Shown one piece after another: positions 61,961 through 64,000 of a stretch of 64,000 nucleotides of DNA. A program made the position numbers and the translations under genes. Position 1 is the stretch's first letter, and every line of letters begins with the position of its first letter. This stretch comes from Harriotta raleighana (Eukaryota): NCBI GenBank assembly GCA_050575255.1, contig JBNZDD010013549.1, forward strand, positions 239,354-303,353. Reading direction: 5' to 3'. The notes under the pieces were generated by a model. That model was not told where the DNA came from. It did not search any database and saw only the letters and a list, made by a program, of their open reading frames with translations.

Positions 61961-63424
61961 GGTTGTTATTGTCTCTGTGTTCAGCTTGTTGTTCAAGAAA
62001 CATTTCAACTTGTGGATTTCTAAAACCGCAGAGTTAGGTAAGCTTTCTTCATACATCAAGAGGTACCACAGAATGACTCCCTAAATCGCTCTCTGCACCA
62101 AATGTAATAATAAGAATAAAAATAACATCATCCCCTCAGTATAGTGGAAAACCGTTTCCTAACCTTATGAGACGAGCAATACTGATTTCCCGGTTTATAA
62201 TTTCCGCCAACCCTTTTTTGTCCGTGTTTCTTGTCATCAAACACATGTACTGTAAAGTCCACACTTCTATCCCACAGCTTAAACGTATGATTAACGACTC
62301 CCAGCTCTCATCTGTTCCCTCCTGGAATTTTCCATCAGTGGAGAAAGTCCAACAGCAGTTTAAAATCAGTTGTGGGAAGTCACAGTTTGGTCTAAATTGT
62401 GATATTTTTCAAGCTAGGAGTCCAACTTTCTCGCTTCTCGCTTCTCTTGTGATTTTTCAAATCCCCGACCTCTGAAGTTTGCAAACTGAAAGTCCCAAAT
62501 AACATCTCAGATCCAGTCTCTGACGATTGCATTTCAAACTACATTGCCTTCAACTCCTCCATAACCTGTCAGTTTGATTTTATTGATAGATCCCTTTATG
62601 ACCTTGGTTAAAAAAAACATAAGGGTTGGTGGTTTGAATGCTGGTCTATGCTGGGTTAGCTGATCTCAGCTAGGGTGAAGGTTGGGACACTAGAGTAGAG
62701 GCAGATCAGGCAGTATTTCCATTTCTCAGGAGTACTGTACCCCCTACTGGAGATCCTGTCTATGTGTGTTTTTTGTGGATAGAGAACAGTAAGAACAGGA
62801 TTAGGCTCCTGTGAATTCCTTTCTCTCCAAGTTGAATAGATGTCACTCTGACCCTGTCCATGCTAATTCTACCCCATACACATACACACACACGCACAAT
62901 ATTTTCTTCTTATTAACGTGTTGGGTATCTGGTCTAAGCAATCGATAGTATCACAGACTGGATCCGAGATGTTATTTGGGACTTTCTGTATTTTAACAGA
63001 GAACACCTTAGGAAGCTTCAATTTAACTGTCATCCCAATAAGGTGATGGGAAATGGTACTGATGTCTTTATTACTCTTTAGGGACGCTGAGATTGCAACA
63101 ATGAACTACTTGGGGATTTATTTTACTATTGCACTAGGATCCTGAATTGGATTTTTTTCTTCACATCCATTGGTTATTGGTGATGCAGGTTGTACTTCTG
63201 TGATTTGATTTGAAATGTGCATGATTAATCTCCTTTGTATTTTCACAACCTACAAATTGAGTGAATCACATCGAAAATATTCTTAACACCCAATCAGCAG
63301 TTTGTTGCTTATTATTATCACTGTACAGGTTTCATCTTCTCACCTAGCCTTTACTCTGAAAGGCTGCGTTTTGACGCTATTGGGATACACATTGGCAGAA
63401 AAGTATTTCAAAGAATACACAGTG

Positions 63425-63845
63425 CAAATTTACATTTATATAGCACTTATCAATGTAAAATTGTATTTTGTAGCAAACTCAGTGGCGAAACACAGCAGCC
63501 AAATTGCACAGCAGTGTCCCACAAACAGTCAGGGAAGTAGGGTCAGGGGAGAAAGGGGGGAAAGAGGGTAAGGGAGGAGGGAGAGGGAAAGGTGGGGTGG
63601 GCTAAAGTCAGGGAGGAAGAGGGGGGAGAAAAGGGGTAAGGGGGGAGAGGGAGGGAAAGGTGGGTGGGGCAAAATCAGGGAGAAATGGGGAGAAAGGAGG
63701 GTAAAAGGGAGGAGGGAGGGAAGGGGGAGAGAAAGGGAGGGAGGGAAGAAGAAGAAAAGGGGGGGAAAGGTTAGGGGGCAGGGGGGGACTAAACAACAAC
63801 AAACAACTAAGTCAACAACAATAAACACCAAAAGCAATAACAATC
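63425..63845 (-). mobile_element. Second copy of the composite element: L2-like tail, Deu domain, purine-rich VNTR, (CAA)-rich end
   Basis: aatttacatttatatagcac...gcagccaaattgcacagcagtgtcccacaaacag, then G/A-rich units colinear with 28980-29280. Confidence 0.8.
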
Positions 63846-64000
63846 AACGATCGTCCAGCAACCATTCCTTGTCCTCGCCGCCCGCATGGGATCCTTGAGG
63901 ATCTTTCATTACTTGTTTGTTTATTTCCCATCTAATCCATCTCGTTGATTCAATCACATACACATCTTAATCATTCACTGCTTACAGCTTTTTCTTGCAT

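Overview
This is vertebrate non-coding DNA (intergenic or deep intronic). I found no recognisable host protein-coding exon, rRNA, intact tRNA or CRISPR array, and nearly all ORFs in the track are spurious or transposon-derived. The repeat content is tRNA-headed Deu-domain SINEs with L2-type tails, L2, CR1, Tx1-like L1 and Penelope-type hairpins. That set points to a cartilaginous fish, most likely a chimaera such as Callorhinchus milii; this is an inference from recalled family features, not a database search. The window opens with what appears to be the 3' end of a decayed LTR retroelement: an env-like remnant, a polypurine tract and a ~1.3 kb TG...CA LTR. The most interesting items are (1) that element's long class-I-fusion-like env architecture, (2) two copies 34 kb apart of a composite (TTG)n/pyrimidine-VNTR/SINE element, (3) Penelope-type ends carrying hammerhead ribozyme core motifs, (4) a candidate spliced minus-strand transcript with a SINE-derived upstream exon and a 111-aa orphan ORF, (5) a perfect ChoRE-spaced E-box pair near a 69-nt near-perfect hairpin and a DR1 site, and (6) a 170-bp MITE. 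Several exact duplications flanking single Ns are assembly artefacts. Coordinates of degenerate repeats are approximate (about +/-20 bp).
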